A stretch of 64,000 bases of DNA from Octopus vulgaris. Taxonomy: Eukaryota. Every line of letters begins with the position of its first letter. The stretch's first letter is position 1. The DNA lies in assembly GCA_951406725.2 (NCBI GenBank), contig OX597822.1:102238001-102302000 (forward strand), read 5' to 3'. A program made the position numbers and the translations under genes. Positions 39,661 to 53,357 of the stretch are shown here, piece after piece. The notes under the pieces were generated by a model, which saw nothing but the letters and a program-made list of their open reading frames with translations, searched no databases and was not told the DNA's origin.

Positions 39661-39953
39661 GAGTTTGACAAAGCCACATTAAAATGCAAATCTAAAACCA
39701 AAGAAAACAAACACAAGCATGCGCGAAGAAAAAAAAAAGCAAGAAAAAGAGGAAGAAAGAAAAAAGGCAAGAAAAAAGGAAGAAAAAACATAAATTCAGA
39801 AACAAATCAATGAAGTCTATGACATAATGAATACTGTTATGGAAATCCATTAATACCAGCGTCAGAGTAGAAATAACAACATTTATAAAAGGTGGAACTT
39901 TCAAGGATACATGTTAATAGGATATAAATGAAAAACTCAATGAAAATCACTTG

Positions 39954-40114
39954 CTCAGGAGTGGCTGTGTGGTAAGTAGCTTGCTAACCAGCCACATGGT
40001 TGCGGGTTCAGTCCCACTGCGTGGCATCTTGGGCAAGTGTCTTCTGCTATAGCCCCGGGCCGACCAATGCCTTGTGAGTGGATTTGGTAGACGGAAACTG
40101 AAAGAAGCCTGTCG

Positions 40115-40175
<61 letters not shown>

Positions 40176-40376
40176 TTGTGTCTGTCTTTGTCCCCCTAGC
40201 ATTGCTTGACAACCGATGCTGCTGTGTTTACGTCCCCGTCACTTAGCGGTTCGGCAAAAGAGACCGATAGAATAAGTACTGGGCTTACAAAGAATAAGTC
40301 CCGGGATCGATTTGCTCGACTAAAGGCGGTGCTCCAGCATGGCCGCAGTCAAATGACTGAAACAAGTAAAAGAGTA
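39954..40376 (+). mobile_element. SINE family A flanked by ~130-bp direct repeats
   Basis: Matches 61266-61672; flanks 39824-39953 and 40379-40509 are nearly identical. Confidence 0.9.
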
Positions 40377-40818
40377 ATATAATGAAATACTGTTATGGAA
40401 ATCCATTAATACCAGCGTCAGAGTAGAAATAACAACATTTATAAAAGGTGGAACTTTCAAGGATACATGTTAATAGGATATAAATGAAAAACTCAATGAA
40501 AATCACTTGTATATTTTTGACATTGCTGATTGCACATTAACGTTCATTACTTTGTACTGTTCTATCGTTTTGTCTATGCAGATGCAATTTCCTTAGAAGT
40601 TGAATGAAACCCACATGAAGCTTGCGTTTGTATCTCCAATAACTTCGTTAAAGTGCTTTATCTGCTTATTGAACGTGATTGATTCGTTCGTTCGTTCATT
40701 GATTTTAATAATATAATGAAATTATTGTATACAGTGCTCAGGTGCACCACATTTACGTACTTAATTTTACTTCATTTCGATTATGAACACATATAACAGT
40801 CACATCAAAATATCATTC

Positions 40819-40819
<1 letters not shown>

Positions 40820-40893
<74 letters not shown>

Positions 40894-40895
40894 GG

Positions 40896-40965
<70 letters not shown>

Positions 40966-41397
40966 TAGATATATAGATCTATAGATATAGATACATACAT
41001 ACATACATACATACATACATACATACATACATACATACATGATGGCTGCCCTCTCATTATCGATATAGATATAGATATATAGATATAGACAGATAGATAT
41101 ATACATAATACATACATACATACATACACACACACATACATACATGCATACGTACGTACGTACGTACATACATACATACATACATACGTACATACATACA
41201 CACACACATACAAACATACATACATACACACACATACATACATACACGCACACATACATACATACATACACACATACATACATACATACATACATACATA
41301 CATACATACACACACACATACATACAAACATACATACATACAAACATACATACAAACATACATACATACATACATACATACATACATACATACATAC
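40820..41397. repeat. Compound microsatellite (TA/GA/GATA/TACA)
   Basis: Directly visible. Other large simple-repeat tracts: 16780-17115, 17865-18625, 19745-20015, 21600-21843, 28085-28225, 30195-30430, 31320-31670, 47000-47264. Confidence 0.95.
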
Positions 41398-42037
41398 GAT
41401 TGTAGTGTATGCAATTTGAATGATTAAATTAGTATATTGATATATCTAGTAATGGTGGTGCATACGTAATGCAACAAATATAAAAAAAAATGCATAACAA
41501 GAAATCAATATAAGATGAGGCAAAGACACATAAGCTAAATATATTATTAAACGTTTCTTTATATATGCGAGACAATTCTATAAATGCTTTGATAGTATTA
41601 ATTCACCTTCGTGAATGCATGCATTATTTCTGCGCTAGTTGCTATGCCACACTAGAGTTATCTATATATATGAAAAAAAGGATGTGTGTGTGTGTGTAGT
41701 ACGTATGCATTTCTACAGTTTTCAACTGATTTTCACCAAACTTTACGCACACATTACTTATGTGCCAAGAATGGTCATGGACCATAACATTTTGCCCAGA
41801 GCTCCTGCGTAATGCGAGAAACCAACCGGGTTTTTCACATAGGTTTTTTTGTAAAAACTAGTTTCAACTGATTCTCTGCCTTCGACTTCTGCAGTTTTCA
41901 AGCGATTCTCTCCCTCTTCTCTCTCTCTCTTTATTTATCTCTTCTCTTTCTCACTTACACCCTCTGCAATACTTCCTCTCTTTAAGTCTGTTTCTTTCAC
42001 TTTCTCTCTTTCTCTCTTTCATTCTCGCTCACTGTCT

Positions 42038-42087
<50 letters not shown>

Positions 42088-43235
42088 TACACTCTTTCTC
42101 TCTGTCTCCCTTCCCCCCTCTCTCTTTCTCTCTGCTATTTGTACGTTCTCCCTACAACATTACTTTACTTTTAAATGTTTGGCAGTCCGTCTATTTAAAT
42201 ACATTATATTTTTCCCTCTATCGAAAACCGTCGTTGTGATACAGCCTTCATTACTAACCAATGAGAATTCAACCACGCCACTGAGTGTTTGTACGTTAGA
42301 AAAAGATATCCTAAAGTAGCTCAAGTTTTTTCACTCAACCTATTCTCTTCTACAGCTTTATACGCTGAAATGGGGTTTGTAATTTCTGTGTCCAAATTGA
42401 CTTCCTTGTGTGATGTAATATTGTTTCACTTTTATTCTTTCACTTCTAATTCTAATGTGATAAGACGATAATATTGTTTCACTTTATGTGTGTCTGTTCA
42501 TACAAAACAAACAAATGTAAAGAGTTATTACCACGCAGATACAGTTAATACCACACATACACACACTCACACACATTTGCCACCACACGCACACACGCTA
42601 CCATAACCACACACGCTATCAAACTCACACACATATGCTACCAGCACCATATGCACACATGCCCCACACACACACTCATTTACTGCCACACAGACTCACG
42701 CTACCATACACACACACGCTATAACACACACATGCTACCACACACATTCACCTTATGTCTTTGGGAAATAAAATTTCACTAAATCAATTGGTATATATTA
42801 AGTATATAATCTGTATTAAATTAAGAGAAGAAAATGGAGATAATTATTTTTCCTACATCTGTTTCCATAAAATAAATACGTTTAGTATACCTCTAATTCA
42901 ATTACTCCTTATATTCGATACCATACTTTACGATATCTTATACTTATCCACTTGTAATGAAGAGAATAGTTCTTTTTATTGCTTTAAGATGGTCTATATA
43001 CTTCTACTCATATGATAATCTAATTCCGTTATACATTCCATGACCTTCTAAAGATTATGCTTAGAAATTTCTTAATAGTTTGTGGTAAGTAGCTTGCTTA
43101 CGAACCACATGGTTCCGGATTCAGTTCCACTGCGTGGCACTTTCCGCAAGTGTCTTCTGCTATAGCCTCGGGTCGACCAAAACCTTGTGAGTGGATTTGG
43201 TAGACGGAAACTGACAGAAACCCGTCGTATATATG

Positions 43236-43284
<49 letters not shown>

Positions 43285-43456
43285 AATATTAGGGAATAAA
43301 TCCAAATTTACAGGGAAAAAATCAGATTTAGGATTAAATCCAATTTTATAGTAAAATATTATATAATATTATTAGAGACAAAACCACTATTTTGCAAAAC
43401 AAACAAGGAAAGACTTAATCAATACATAAAATTTTAATAAAAAGTCAAAAAAACCG

Positions 43457-43499
43457 CCACTACAATTGTTTCTTGTCCTGATCGACAATCTTCAGGTGG
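43457..43499 (-). ncRNA. Minimal hammerhead ribozyme motif
   Basis: CCAC-CUGAAGA-UUGUC-GAUCAG-GACAA-GAAAC-AAUU-GUA-GUGG on the minus strand. Confidence 0.8.
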
Positions 43500-43562
43500 A
43501 CTTCCAATTTTCAAGTCAGTTTCAAATTATGAAAACTTGAAACTGACTTGAAAATTGGAAGT

Positions 43563-43605
43563 CCACCTGAAGATTGTCGATCAGGACAAGAAACAATTGT
43601 AGTGG
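43563..43605 (+). ncRNA. Minimal hammerhead ribozyme motif (inverted copy)
   Basis: CCAC-CTGAAGA-TTGTC-GATCAG-GACAA-GAAAC-AATT-GTA-GTGG read directly; all core nucleotides canonical. Confidence 0.8.
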
Positions 43606-43690
43606 CGGTTTTTTTGACTTTTTATTAAAATTTTATGTATTGATTAAGTCTTTCCTTGTTTGTTTTGCAAAATAGTGGTTTTGTCTCTAA

Positions 43691-43798
<108 letters not shown>

Positions 43799-45364
43799 TG
43801 TGTCTGTGTTTGTCTCCCCAACATCACTTGACAACCGATGCTGCTGTGTTTACGTCCCCGTAACTTAGCGGTTCGGTATATGTGACCGATAGAATAAGTA
43901 CTAGGCTTACAAAAAATAAGTCCTGGGATCGATTTGTTCAACTAAAGGCGGTGCTCCAGCATGGCCACAGTCAAATGACTAAAACAAGTAAAATAGTAAA
44001 AGAGTAACACATTATTAGGTTTGGGGTTTAATTTCTATCCTTATATAAATATTGATTGAGGTTTTGTTAATATTATAAATTTACTCCATCCCGTATCCTT
44101 CAATTCTAATTTATATCACTTATCTCTTTTGGTTTATCATTATATCCCCCTTTATTTGATCATCAAAATAAGTATTGACCACTCCTATCCTTCTTTCTTC
44201 CAGTTACCACCCCTTCCCCATCTGACGTTCACTTACAACCTACTCTTGCAATCTACCCTTTTATATAGATAAAGCTATCTATATGGCTCCAGTACATTGG
44301 AAGTCAAGTAGATTGTCTGACAGTAACTGATTTATCACAAATTAACTAGAATACAGTTGACAGCTCCCAATGGATTTGACTCTAAATGGTCGAAGACTAC
44401 ATCTTACATGAAGCCTTATAAATATAAGTAACTACATCACCACCACTTTTATCTTGGTCCCTACTATTTCTAACTTATAGTAGGCTTCACAAGGTATGCA
44501 CTGTTTTCTGGAACTCATTCTGCCACAATTATAACAAAAGGAAACAATGTAAATATTTTGGTTGCCATTATTGATGTAAATTTGTTAAAAAAAAAAAAAG
44601 AAATAATAAATCCCTGAACGAGATATAAACAGTAACTGCACGACAACGTAAAGTATACTAGCCATCTCAATGTGGCTAACCACTAAGGGTGGGTGTTACT
44701 GTAGCTTTTAGCCCCAGGAGATCATCGTCTCCAGCTGGCTTTAGGCACACTTTCTGAGCTCTTATGGTATTTGCAAAGGGAGGTCATCCTTCCCTCAGCA
44801 ACCTAAGTGATACGCACGGACTGCAGTTTCTAGGTATTTGCCTGTCTTCGGCGCACAGAAAGTGTGCCTAAAGCCAGCTGGAGTCGATGATCTCCTGGGG
44901 CTAAAAGCTACAGTAACACCCACCCTTAGTGGTTAGCCATATTGAGATGACTAGTATACTTTACGTTGTCGAGCGGTTACTGTTTACATCTCGTTCAGAG
45001 ATTTATTATTGCTTGCAGACAGTTTTTCGAATTCAGTGACGAAAAGTTACTGGAAAAACAATAAATAAGGATTTGCAAACGGTCTCTCTCCATCGAAAAC
45101 CGGTGATTGTCGTACGCCGAAGACAGGCAAATACCTAGAAACTGCAGTCCGTGCGTATCACTTAGGTTGCTGAGGGAAGGATGACCTCCCTTTGCAAATA
45201 ACATAAGAGCACAGAAAGTGTGCCTAAAGCCAGCTGGAGATGATGATCTCCTGGGGCTACAAGCTACAGTAACACCCACCCTTAGTGGTTAGCCATATTG
45301 AGATGGCTAGTATACCTTACGTTGTTAAAAAATAGTTTATCGTTTATGTTTGAAGTCTATGCGG

Positions 45365-45449
45365 TCATCTGACGAGAACGGTTTATTTCAAATTGATGTA
45401 ATGTTTTCATTAATCAATTAAATGGATCCATTTGAAACGGCCGTAATGA
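45365..45449 (+). ncRNA. Hammerhead ribozyme motif
   Basis: TCAT-CTGACGA-GAACGG...CCATTT-GAAAC-GGCC-GTA-ATGA; palindromic stem III ACGGCCGT; one mismatch in stem II. Confidence 0.7.
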
Positions 45450-45834
45450 ATCGACACCTGTACCATTTTTTATTTCATATAAATAGATAACACTAGTGTG
45501 GACATAGCAACTAGCGCAGAAATAATATATGCATTCGCGAAGGTGAATTAATACTATTAAAGCATATATAGAATTGTCTCGCATAAATAAAGAAACATTT
45601 AATAATATATTTAGCTTATGTATCTTTTCCTCATCTTATATTGATTTCTTGTTATGTTTTTTAAATACTTGTTGCATTACGTATGCACCACCATTACTAG
45701 ATATATCAATATACTAATATATATATAAGTTTTCATTGAAAACTCCTTCACTGTTCTCGTTCTGTTAACGGCCAGGCGTTCAGGCGAGTATACTGGCATT
45801 GAGGTGGCAACATTTGAAATATTGTCTAGGTAAA

Positions 45835-45903
45835 TGCAGCTGATGAAGACTAATCAAATTTATGTTGTCAAACGTATTTGAAGAGTTAGAAACCGGTCCT
45901 GCA
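45835..45903 (+). ncRNA. Hammerhead ribozyme motif
   Basis: TGCAG-CTGATGA-...-GAAAC-CG-GTC-CTGCA; 5-bp stem I, palindromic ACCGGT, GUC triplet; stem II imperfect. Confidence 0.65.
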
Positions 45904-46064
45904 CTATCCGATTCTATCGAATGTTCTTCCTAGAGGTAAGACAAATTTTCATGTTTGTTGCACACGCACGTCTTTGCTAGTAAATACGCAGTGAAGCTAT
46001 ACAATAGCGTCGTATTTGTATCGATTGCTATTTTCCAGTAAATATTGGTGCCTTGTGGTATCAC

Positions 46065-46156
<92 letters not shown>

Positions 46157-46513
46157 TTATATATATAAAGACACTTGTTGTTACTTCTTGTTGTATATAT
46201 TCGTAATTGTGTACCCCATGTTGTTTGATATTTTTTGTCTTCGTTGTCGTACACATTCGCTGGTTTTCTTACAAAGGTGTCTAATGCTCTTAGCTTAGAT
46301 TGGTGGGGGGCAACCGAATCGAACCATCTCAAGTGTAACTGCCCTAAATGGTCGTGACTTCTGGAACTTGATTGAAGAAAGAAAGCCACGAATGACCCGT
46401 CTTTCTTTGCCTGTCCTTCTAATTGTTGTTTCTCTTGTCCGCCTTTGTATCATCTGTCCGAATGTTTTAATGTCTTCTATTGCGCTTTTGTTCCATTTAT
46501 ATATATATATGTA

Positions 46514-46551
<38 letters not shown>

Positions 46552-46593
46552 CATACATACATACATACGTACATACCTACATACATACATACA

Positions 46594-46627
<34 letters not shown>

Positions 46628-46904
46628 ATATAAATGCGAAAACTAATTTCTGTGTCAGTGTGTCACACTTAGACCCTCCTCTCTCACTATTCAATGACAC
46701 TCTTACTGTTCCTCATGATTGAGTGAGAGTGATAGTAGCTATAGAGACGGTGAGGGCGGTGGCAAAGAGAGAGAGAGAGACAAAGAAATTTAGGTAGAGT
46801 TGATGTTTTTATTAAAAGTAGTAGTACAGTTCTATATTTAAGAGATGAGGAATTATGTACATTATTTGCATTATTTACATTTGTCCTCATCTTGTTTGTT
46901 GTTG

Positions 46905-46948
46905 GCACAATGTTTCGGCTGATATACCTTCCAGCCTTCATCAGGTGT
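46905..46948 (-). ncRNA. Minimal hammerhead-like motif
   Basis: Minus strand: CAC-CUGAUGA-A-GGCUG-loop-CAGCC-GAAAC-AUU-GUG; stem III damaged; in a short element adjoining (TAA)n/(TAG)n. Confidence 0.55.
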
Positions 46949-47022
46949 CTTGAGGAAATTTCGAACCTGGTTCTCATTCCTAGAGTATTTTTCGATGTTA
47001 TTATTATTATTATTATTATTAT

Positions 47023-47080
<58 letters not shown>

Positions 47081-47164
47081 TGTTGTTGTTGTAGTAGTAG
47101 TAGTAGTAGTAGCAGCAGCAGCAGCAGTAGTAGTAGTAGCAACAGCAGCAGCAGCAGCAGTAGC

Positions 47165-47198
<34 letters not shown>

Positions 47199-47209
47199 GT
47201 AGCAGTAGC

Positions 47210-47264
<55 letters not shown>

Positions 47265-47630
47265 TTGCCTTTGCACAGCTTCTAACGCTGGAGATGTACT
47301 ACAGTGTCAGTTGTTCACTACCAGTGAACTAAGTTAACACCTCTTATTTTTCGAGCACCTTCCAAAGTATTCGAGCGGTTCCAAGCAGTGCTGTTTTCTG
47401 TAAGTGCTCCACCCTTATTGCAGCCCCTATTTGTTCCATGCACTTCTCGAGATTTTTGCTCACTGTTCCCAGGTCTCCGACAATTATTGGTACTACTGCT
47501 ATCGTTTTCATCGACCACAACTGCTTAACTTCCCAAGCTAATCTGTCATATCTCTCGACTTTTTTTCTTCCTTATCGCATACCTTGTCAGCTGGGCGTGC
47601 TATATCTATGATCCAGCATAGTTAGTTTTC
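47265..47630 (-). mobile_element. Third Dong/R4-type element, 3' fragment
   Basis: Minus translation KKVERYDRLAWEVKQLWSMKTIAVVPIIVGDLGTVSKNL...LQKTALLGTARILWKVLEK*; 3' end runs into (TAC)n. Confidence 0.75.
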
Positions 47631-48374
47631 TTTCTCAATTAAGACTATGTCCGGTGGTTGTTGTTGTTGTTGTTGATGTTGTACCGCCTGATTGGCACTC
47701 GTACCATGGAGCGTTAAAAGCACATCCGAACGTGATCGTTGCCAGGGCCACGGATTGGCTCCCGTGCCGGTGACACGTGAAAAGCACCATTCGAGTGTGA
47801 TCGTTGCCAGCGTCGCCTAACTGGCACAACGAAAAATAGCGCAGATCCTGTTCAGATCTAATATCCCTAGCTCCAGGTCAGAAATTTTCAGTGGTTGCAT
47901 GCATATGTATAAATATATTCTGAAGAACTGGAAAATTCCATCTATTCCTGACTGACTTGATATCTTTCTAGCCTTGTCCCTTGAGGATAGCTCTTTTCAC
48001 CTTTTTACTTTTTACCTTTTATTTTCTATTTCTGACACTTTAGTTTTTCGTTTTCCGTTTTTTTTCCGTTGTTTACTGTCAGTGTTTTTTATATGCTGCC
48101 TTCCCAGTTTTTTCGCGTTTCTTCTATTATTCAATTTCTTTAGTTCATTATGATATGTGTTTGCGCCTGTAGAATATGTTTGGGTTTTTTTCAACATATG
48201 AAATTTAGTATCGATTTAATACATGCATTGTAACCTTTAAATAAATGATATTTATCTCTCACCACATGGAGTCAGCACATTGTGTGTGTGTGTACATTTA
48301 TGTATATACATATATATATTTAAATATATATATATATACATATATATATTTTAAAAAATATATATATATGCATA

Positions 48375-48434
<60 letters not shown>

Positions 48435-49731
48435 TGCGTGTGTGTGTGTATGTATGTGTTTGAAAAAGAATAGATATGGCTTTTCTGATAATTTTCTGAT
48501 AATTAGATGTTTATGAATTATTAAGTGCTTATAAATTGTGACTCATGCAGGTTTCTCACTTAAAAGCACACACACACACACATACACATATAGATATATA
48601 CGCATACATAAAGATATATACACTCACATATAGATATATATATACGCACACATACATAAATATAAATATATGTTATATATACAATACACATACGCACACA
48701 TATATACATACACATGCATATATATGTACACACACATATATACACACAAACATGCACACATACGCATGTACAAGCAATATTTTATTGACGTTTCCATGTG
48801 GATTCAAAATTGTTGTAATAATAATTTCGGTAGATTAAGTATTATTTTTTGTTCAGTTTTGGTGTGTATTGAGATATTCTTCTTAAAATATTCTTCTTTG
48901 ACTTTTCGAAAATGTTCGTTTTCTGTCCATATTTTAAAAAAATGGGAATATTTTGAATTTTCTTTCGTTACATTTAAAAAAATGTTCAGTAGATGCGTTT
49001 CAAATGAAGGTGTCATGAATTTGTTGCTTATGTATCCTTATACTCTCATGCAATCTTAATACCCGTTCATCCGATGTATCAGGTTGAGTAAAAAGTAAGC
49101 AGCAGTTTGAACCATGAAGAATTTGTACCGGACTTTTGCAGAGTTTTGAATATTTTTAAACAGTTTTTTGCAACTGTCTGATAACACATACATAGACTTG
49201 CCCAAATGCATCAATAAATTAACGATGATAATTTTTTCACCGTTGCTCCAGTCATCTCGTTTTGTTTGTGTATGTTTGTGGCATTGTTCGAAAAGTTTGG
49301 CGTAAGTTGCAATATCTGTGGTTAATTTGTTGAATTTGCACAGTTGAATTATTACGATGTTGAATTTTTGTTGAGTGTTTTTTAAACACCTATTTTTCTG
49401 CAGTACTTTGTTCACGTTTTACTCCTTGTTGAAAAAAAAAGACAAAACATGGATAAATCGCCAATTAAATTGTCAAAAACTGTTAATGAACCTGGTATAA
49501 GTTCCTGGAGAGTGCCAAAGGCACAGAAAACAGCACAGCATTGATAAACATGCCATCTGGAGAAGATTTTATACTGGGGAAAAAGGGAAGCAACGTTGGG
49601 ACAGCTGCCGCTATTTCAAGAAAGTTAATCAAACTGCGGAGGTGACGAGTTAGAAAAGTATAAAGGAATTATGAAAAGGAAGGGGAGCGAAACTGTTATT
49701 ACCCCTCCCGTGAAACCGCCCACAATGCATT

Positions 49732-50313
49732 ATGCTGCACGGTCATTTACAAGTCGTTTGTTGTAAAAACAAAAACAAACTGGACAATGCGAGTAAGGAA
49801 GCAGTGGAGCTGTCCCTCCGTTCAGTTTGGAATGACGTGGCATACACCACAAGAGAAGTGAAGTATGCTACAATAGAAGTCCGGTGTAAAACGGTAGAAA
49901 AGGCGAAACAAGTGTCGACGACACCATTAAAAACGGTGGAGGTGGTACTCCTACCTACATATCTTGGAAGGCGGACTTTCAAGATTAATGTAGGAGACAT
50001 CCCACCCGAAGTAGGCCCCGCTTGGATGGTGCTAGCCATAATAAACGGCTTGGCGGATAAAATTACAATCCTCCAAGCCCAAGCGCTGGAATTGCAAAAT
50101 TGGCCGGAGCAAGAGCTCGAAATGATTATTCAAGCGGCCCCTGCTGATTTAGTAAATATTATAGAAACTATACAGGTGGAGGAGACTAAGCTGAGAGTCA
50201 CGGTAGAGGCGGGGAAGCTTCATCGCTACAAATGTAGCCAAAAATGCCACATTGGGACCGAGTGCCAATCTCCCCGCGAAAAAGCAGCGATTTCCCTACC
50301 TGTCGAAAAATAA
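49732..50313 (+). pseudogene. LINE (L1/Tx1-like) ORF1 relic with degenerate zinc knuckle
   Basis: 193-aa ORF ending HRYKCSQKCHIGTEC (decayed CX2CX4HX4C); paralogue at 23021-23340. Confidence 0.6.
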
Positions 50314-50494
50314 AAGGAAAAGAAAACAAATGAAGAACCAAGTGAGGAAACATCTGAAAATGAAACAGAGGTAGAGAAAATGGAAGGAGCCAAAGGTGAA
50401 GGGTGGGAAATATACTCCAGAAAACGACCCTCCCCAGCCACCCCACTAGCCCGACAACAAAACAAAAAACAACAACCAACAGAACACCCAACCA

Positions 50495-51407
50495 CCAAAC
50501 ATCTGTCATCGATGATGCTCAATCAAAGACCATCATTGAGAAAGGTCCACTGAAACCACTCGAGATCTGGCAAAAGAACTTCAAGTTAGCCAATCTTCCT
50601 GCAACCATTCGCATACGATCGGAAAATATAAATAATGCTAGACAAATGGGTACCACACGATTTGAATGAAAATCAGAAAATGCGCACATATGAAATTTGC
50701 TCGTCGCTTCTTCTCTATAACCAGACCGATGTATTTCTCGACCGTATTGTAACTTGCGATGGAAAGGAGATTCAGTACTATAATAAAAAAAAACCTTCTT
50801 CAAGGTGTTTGGACCAAAATGATGCATCGAAAACCTTCCCTAAACCCGAGCTCTTCAAAAAGAAGGTTATGGTGACTGTTTGGTGGTGTACTGCTGGACT
50901 CATCCACTATAACTTCTTAAAACCCGGAAAAAATCATTACTGCAGAAACATATTGCCATGAAATTATCAAAATTAACGAAAAACTGCTACTCTTCCGTCC
51001 CTGACTATTCAACAGAAGAGGACCAATCATTCTTCATGACAGTGCTCGACCACACGTTTCACTAATGACGCTGCAGAAATTGAGGGCACTTGGCTACGAA
51101 GTTCTTCCCCAACCAGCTTATTCCCCAGACCTTTCTCCTACTGACTGCCACTTTTTCGAGCACCTTGATGGTTTCCTGCGAGAGGAGTTCAAAAATCAAA
51201 CCGATGCTGAAAGTGCGTTCAAAGAGTTCATCAGCTCCAGAACTCCATATTTTTATGTTACCGGAATAAACAAACTTATAACTCGTTGGCAAAAATGTAC
51301 TGATTGTAATGATACTTACTTTGATAAATAAAATTTCCGCATTGTTGAAATATATTGTGATGGATTTCATGTTTCAAAACGATGCTTAATTTTTAATCAG
51401 CCTGATA
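50495..51407 (+). mobile_element. Mariner (DD34D) transposon relic, 5'-truncated
   Basis: WVPHDL, RIVTCD, KVMVTVWW, LHDSARPH, YSPDLSPTDCHFF motifs across frameshifts; right end ...TTTTAATCAGCCTGATA. Confidence 0.9.
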
Positions 51408-51419
51408 GTATTCTTTGCA

Positions 51420-52582
51420 TTCTGGGAAAGTGTCACAGTACATCAGGCTTCTGGATTTGCAATCCATATTTGCATTGATTTTTAAAACGTTGTTTTTAAA
51501 GATGATTTGCACTCCTTGTCTAATGTAATTGTATGTTCTGTAATGAGTCACCACATTTTAAAACTCTTTGTTGCTTCTTTAGCTGTAAATCTTGCTTTAA
51601 TTAAAAGCTTTTTATAGGTTGCGTGTTTGGCGTCTACCATATATTATGTCTGATTCTGTCATTAGTTTATTCATTTTAAAGGACTGTTGAAGAATTGGGA
51701 GGTATCTTTAAACAGTATTGAGAATGTCGTGGTTTCTTGGGTTGCGAGTGACAACAAAGGGGATGTTTATGAATTCTTTTCTATTTTTGTATGTTTGTTT
51801 TCTTCTGGGTTCTGTGGTGGGAATGTTTTTCTCTTTGGTAATAAAGGCGGCGAGCTGGCAGAAACGTTAGCGTGCCGGGCGAAATGCTTAGCGGTATTTC
51901 GACTGGCGCAACGTTGTGAGTTCAAATTCCGCTGAGGTCGACTTTGCCTTTCATCCTTTCGGGTCGATAAATTAAGTACCAGTTACGCACTGGGGTCGAT
52001 GTAATCGACTTAATACCTATGTCTGTCCTTGTTTGTCCCCTCTGTGTTTAGCCCCTTGTGGGTAATAAAGAAATAGGTAATAGCCGAGGCAATAAGTCTA
52101 GTAGGGTATCTTGTTTTTCTAAAAATATTTTTATTCTTACAGTCTTTTATCCCTTAACGCTGTGTTTATTATTATATTGCAAACTCGTGTTGCCATAGTA
52201 AAGGATATGTTTCTTTTTGTATATGAAGGATTGGAGGAATGAAAATTCAAGTATCGCTGTGTGTCCATTGGACAGCCATCTTTATAAAGATGACAATATT
52301 CATGTCCAAAAATGGTAGTTCTTTCGTATCCCATTCTATAGTAAATTTTCTCGTGGCATGTAAGTTATTTAAAAGTGAGTGAAAGGTTTTCTTGATTTTT
52401 GTCCTAAAATATAAAGCAGCCATCTAAATATCATTTCCAATTGTTCTTTATGTAAATCGAGAATTGTTGGTTAAATATTTCTGGTATTTAGGAATGGGGG
52501 TTGTCTTCTAAGAACCCCCACCCTGCCATTATGAGTGCTGCGTAAGTAGCGGCGACTTTTGTCACCATCGCTGTTCCTTTTA
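51420..52582 (-). pseudogene. Older degraded PLE RT fragment, interrupted by a family B SINE
   Basis: GTAMVTKVAATYAALIM, YLDGCFI and DTQRYLNFHSSNPSYTKRNISF motifs of PLE RT/thumb. Confidence 0.65.
51843..52078 (+). mobile_element. SINE family B (Nin-domain-like), full length
   Basis: GGCGGCGAGCTGGCAGAAACGTTAGC head, GAGTTCAAATTCC B-box, conserved core; four copies in the window. Confidence 0.85.
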
Positions 52583-52820
52583 CAAATAAAAAGGGCAGCG
52601 ATGGGGACAAAAGTATACGCGCGCTTGTGTGTGTGTATGTAAAAATTTATATTTATTTATATGTCTTTGCACGCATGTATGGGTGTATATATCGTGGTAT
52701 ATGTGGATATATATATATATAACGGGAAGCTTTATGAAAATAAACAAAAGACGAAGGCAGGTGGAAAACAAACGAACAATTGTATTAGTATGGCGCTCAG
52801 GAAATATAAATAAAACAAGT

Positions 52821-52856
52821 CTTTAACGTTTCGAGCCTACGCTCTTCAACAGAAAG
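52821..52856 (-). ncRNA. Minimal hammerhead variant in the 3' pLTR
   Basis: CUUU-CUGUUGA-A-GAGC-GUAG-GCUC-GAAAC-GUU-AAAG; non-canonical U at core position 6; palindromic AACGUU. Confidence 0.65.
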
Positions 52857-53357
52857 ATACACACATAGAGAAAAACACAGAAAGAAGGAGAGAAAATAAA
52901 TGCGTGCAGTAGCTAACGAATCAACATGGCGATCTGATTTCGGCCAGAGGTCAAAGATCAAACATGAGACGCGAGAGCGAAATAAGGGGAGATAATAGGG
53001 TTGATAAATGGGTTGAGGGACCAGCTAAAAGTGCGTGGGAGGGGTCTGGATGTGTGTATGTATAGGGTTGGTGTATGTATTAGTATGTATAAGGGTGTGT
53101 GTGTGTGTGTGTGTATGAGAGAGTATTAGTGCGTAAGATTGGTCTGGACGTGCGTATGTATGGGGTTGGTGTATGTATTAGTATGTATTAGTATGTATTA
53201 GTACGTATTGGTATGTATAGGTGTGTGTGTGTGTGTGTGAGAGAGAGTATAAGTGCGTATGCGGGGTCTGGACGTGTGTATGTATAGGGTTGGTGTAAGT
53301 ATTAGTATGTACTAGTATGTATTAGTACGTATTAGTATGTATTAGTTGGTGTGTGTA

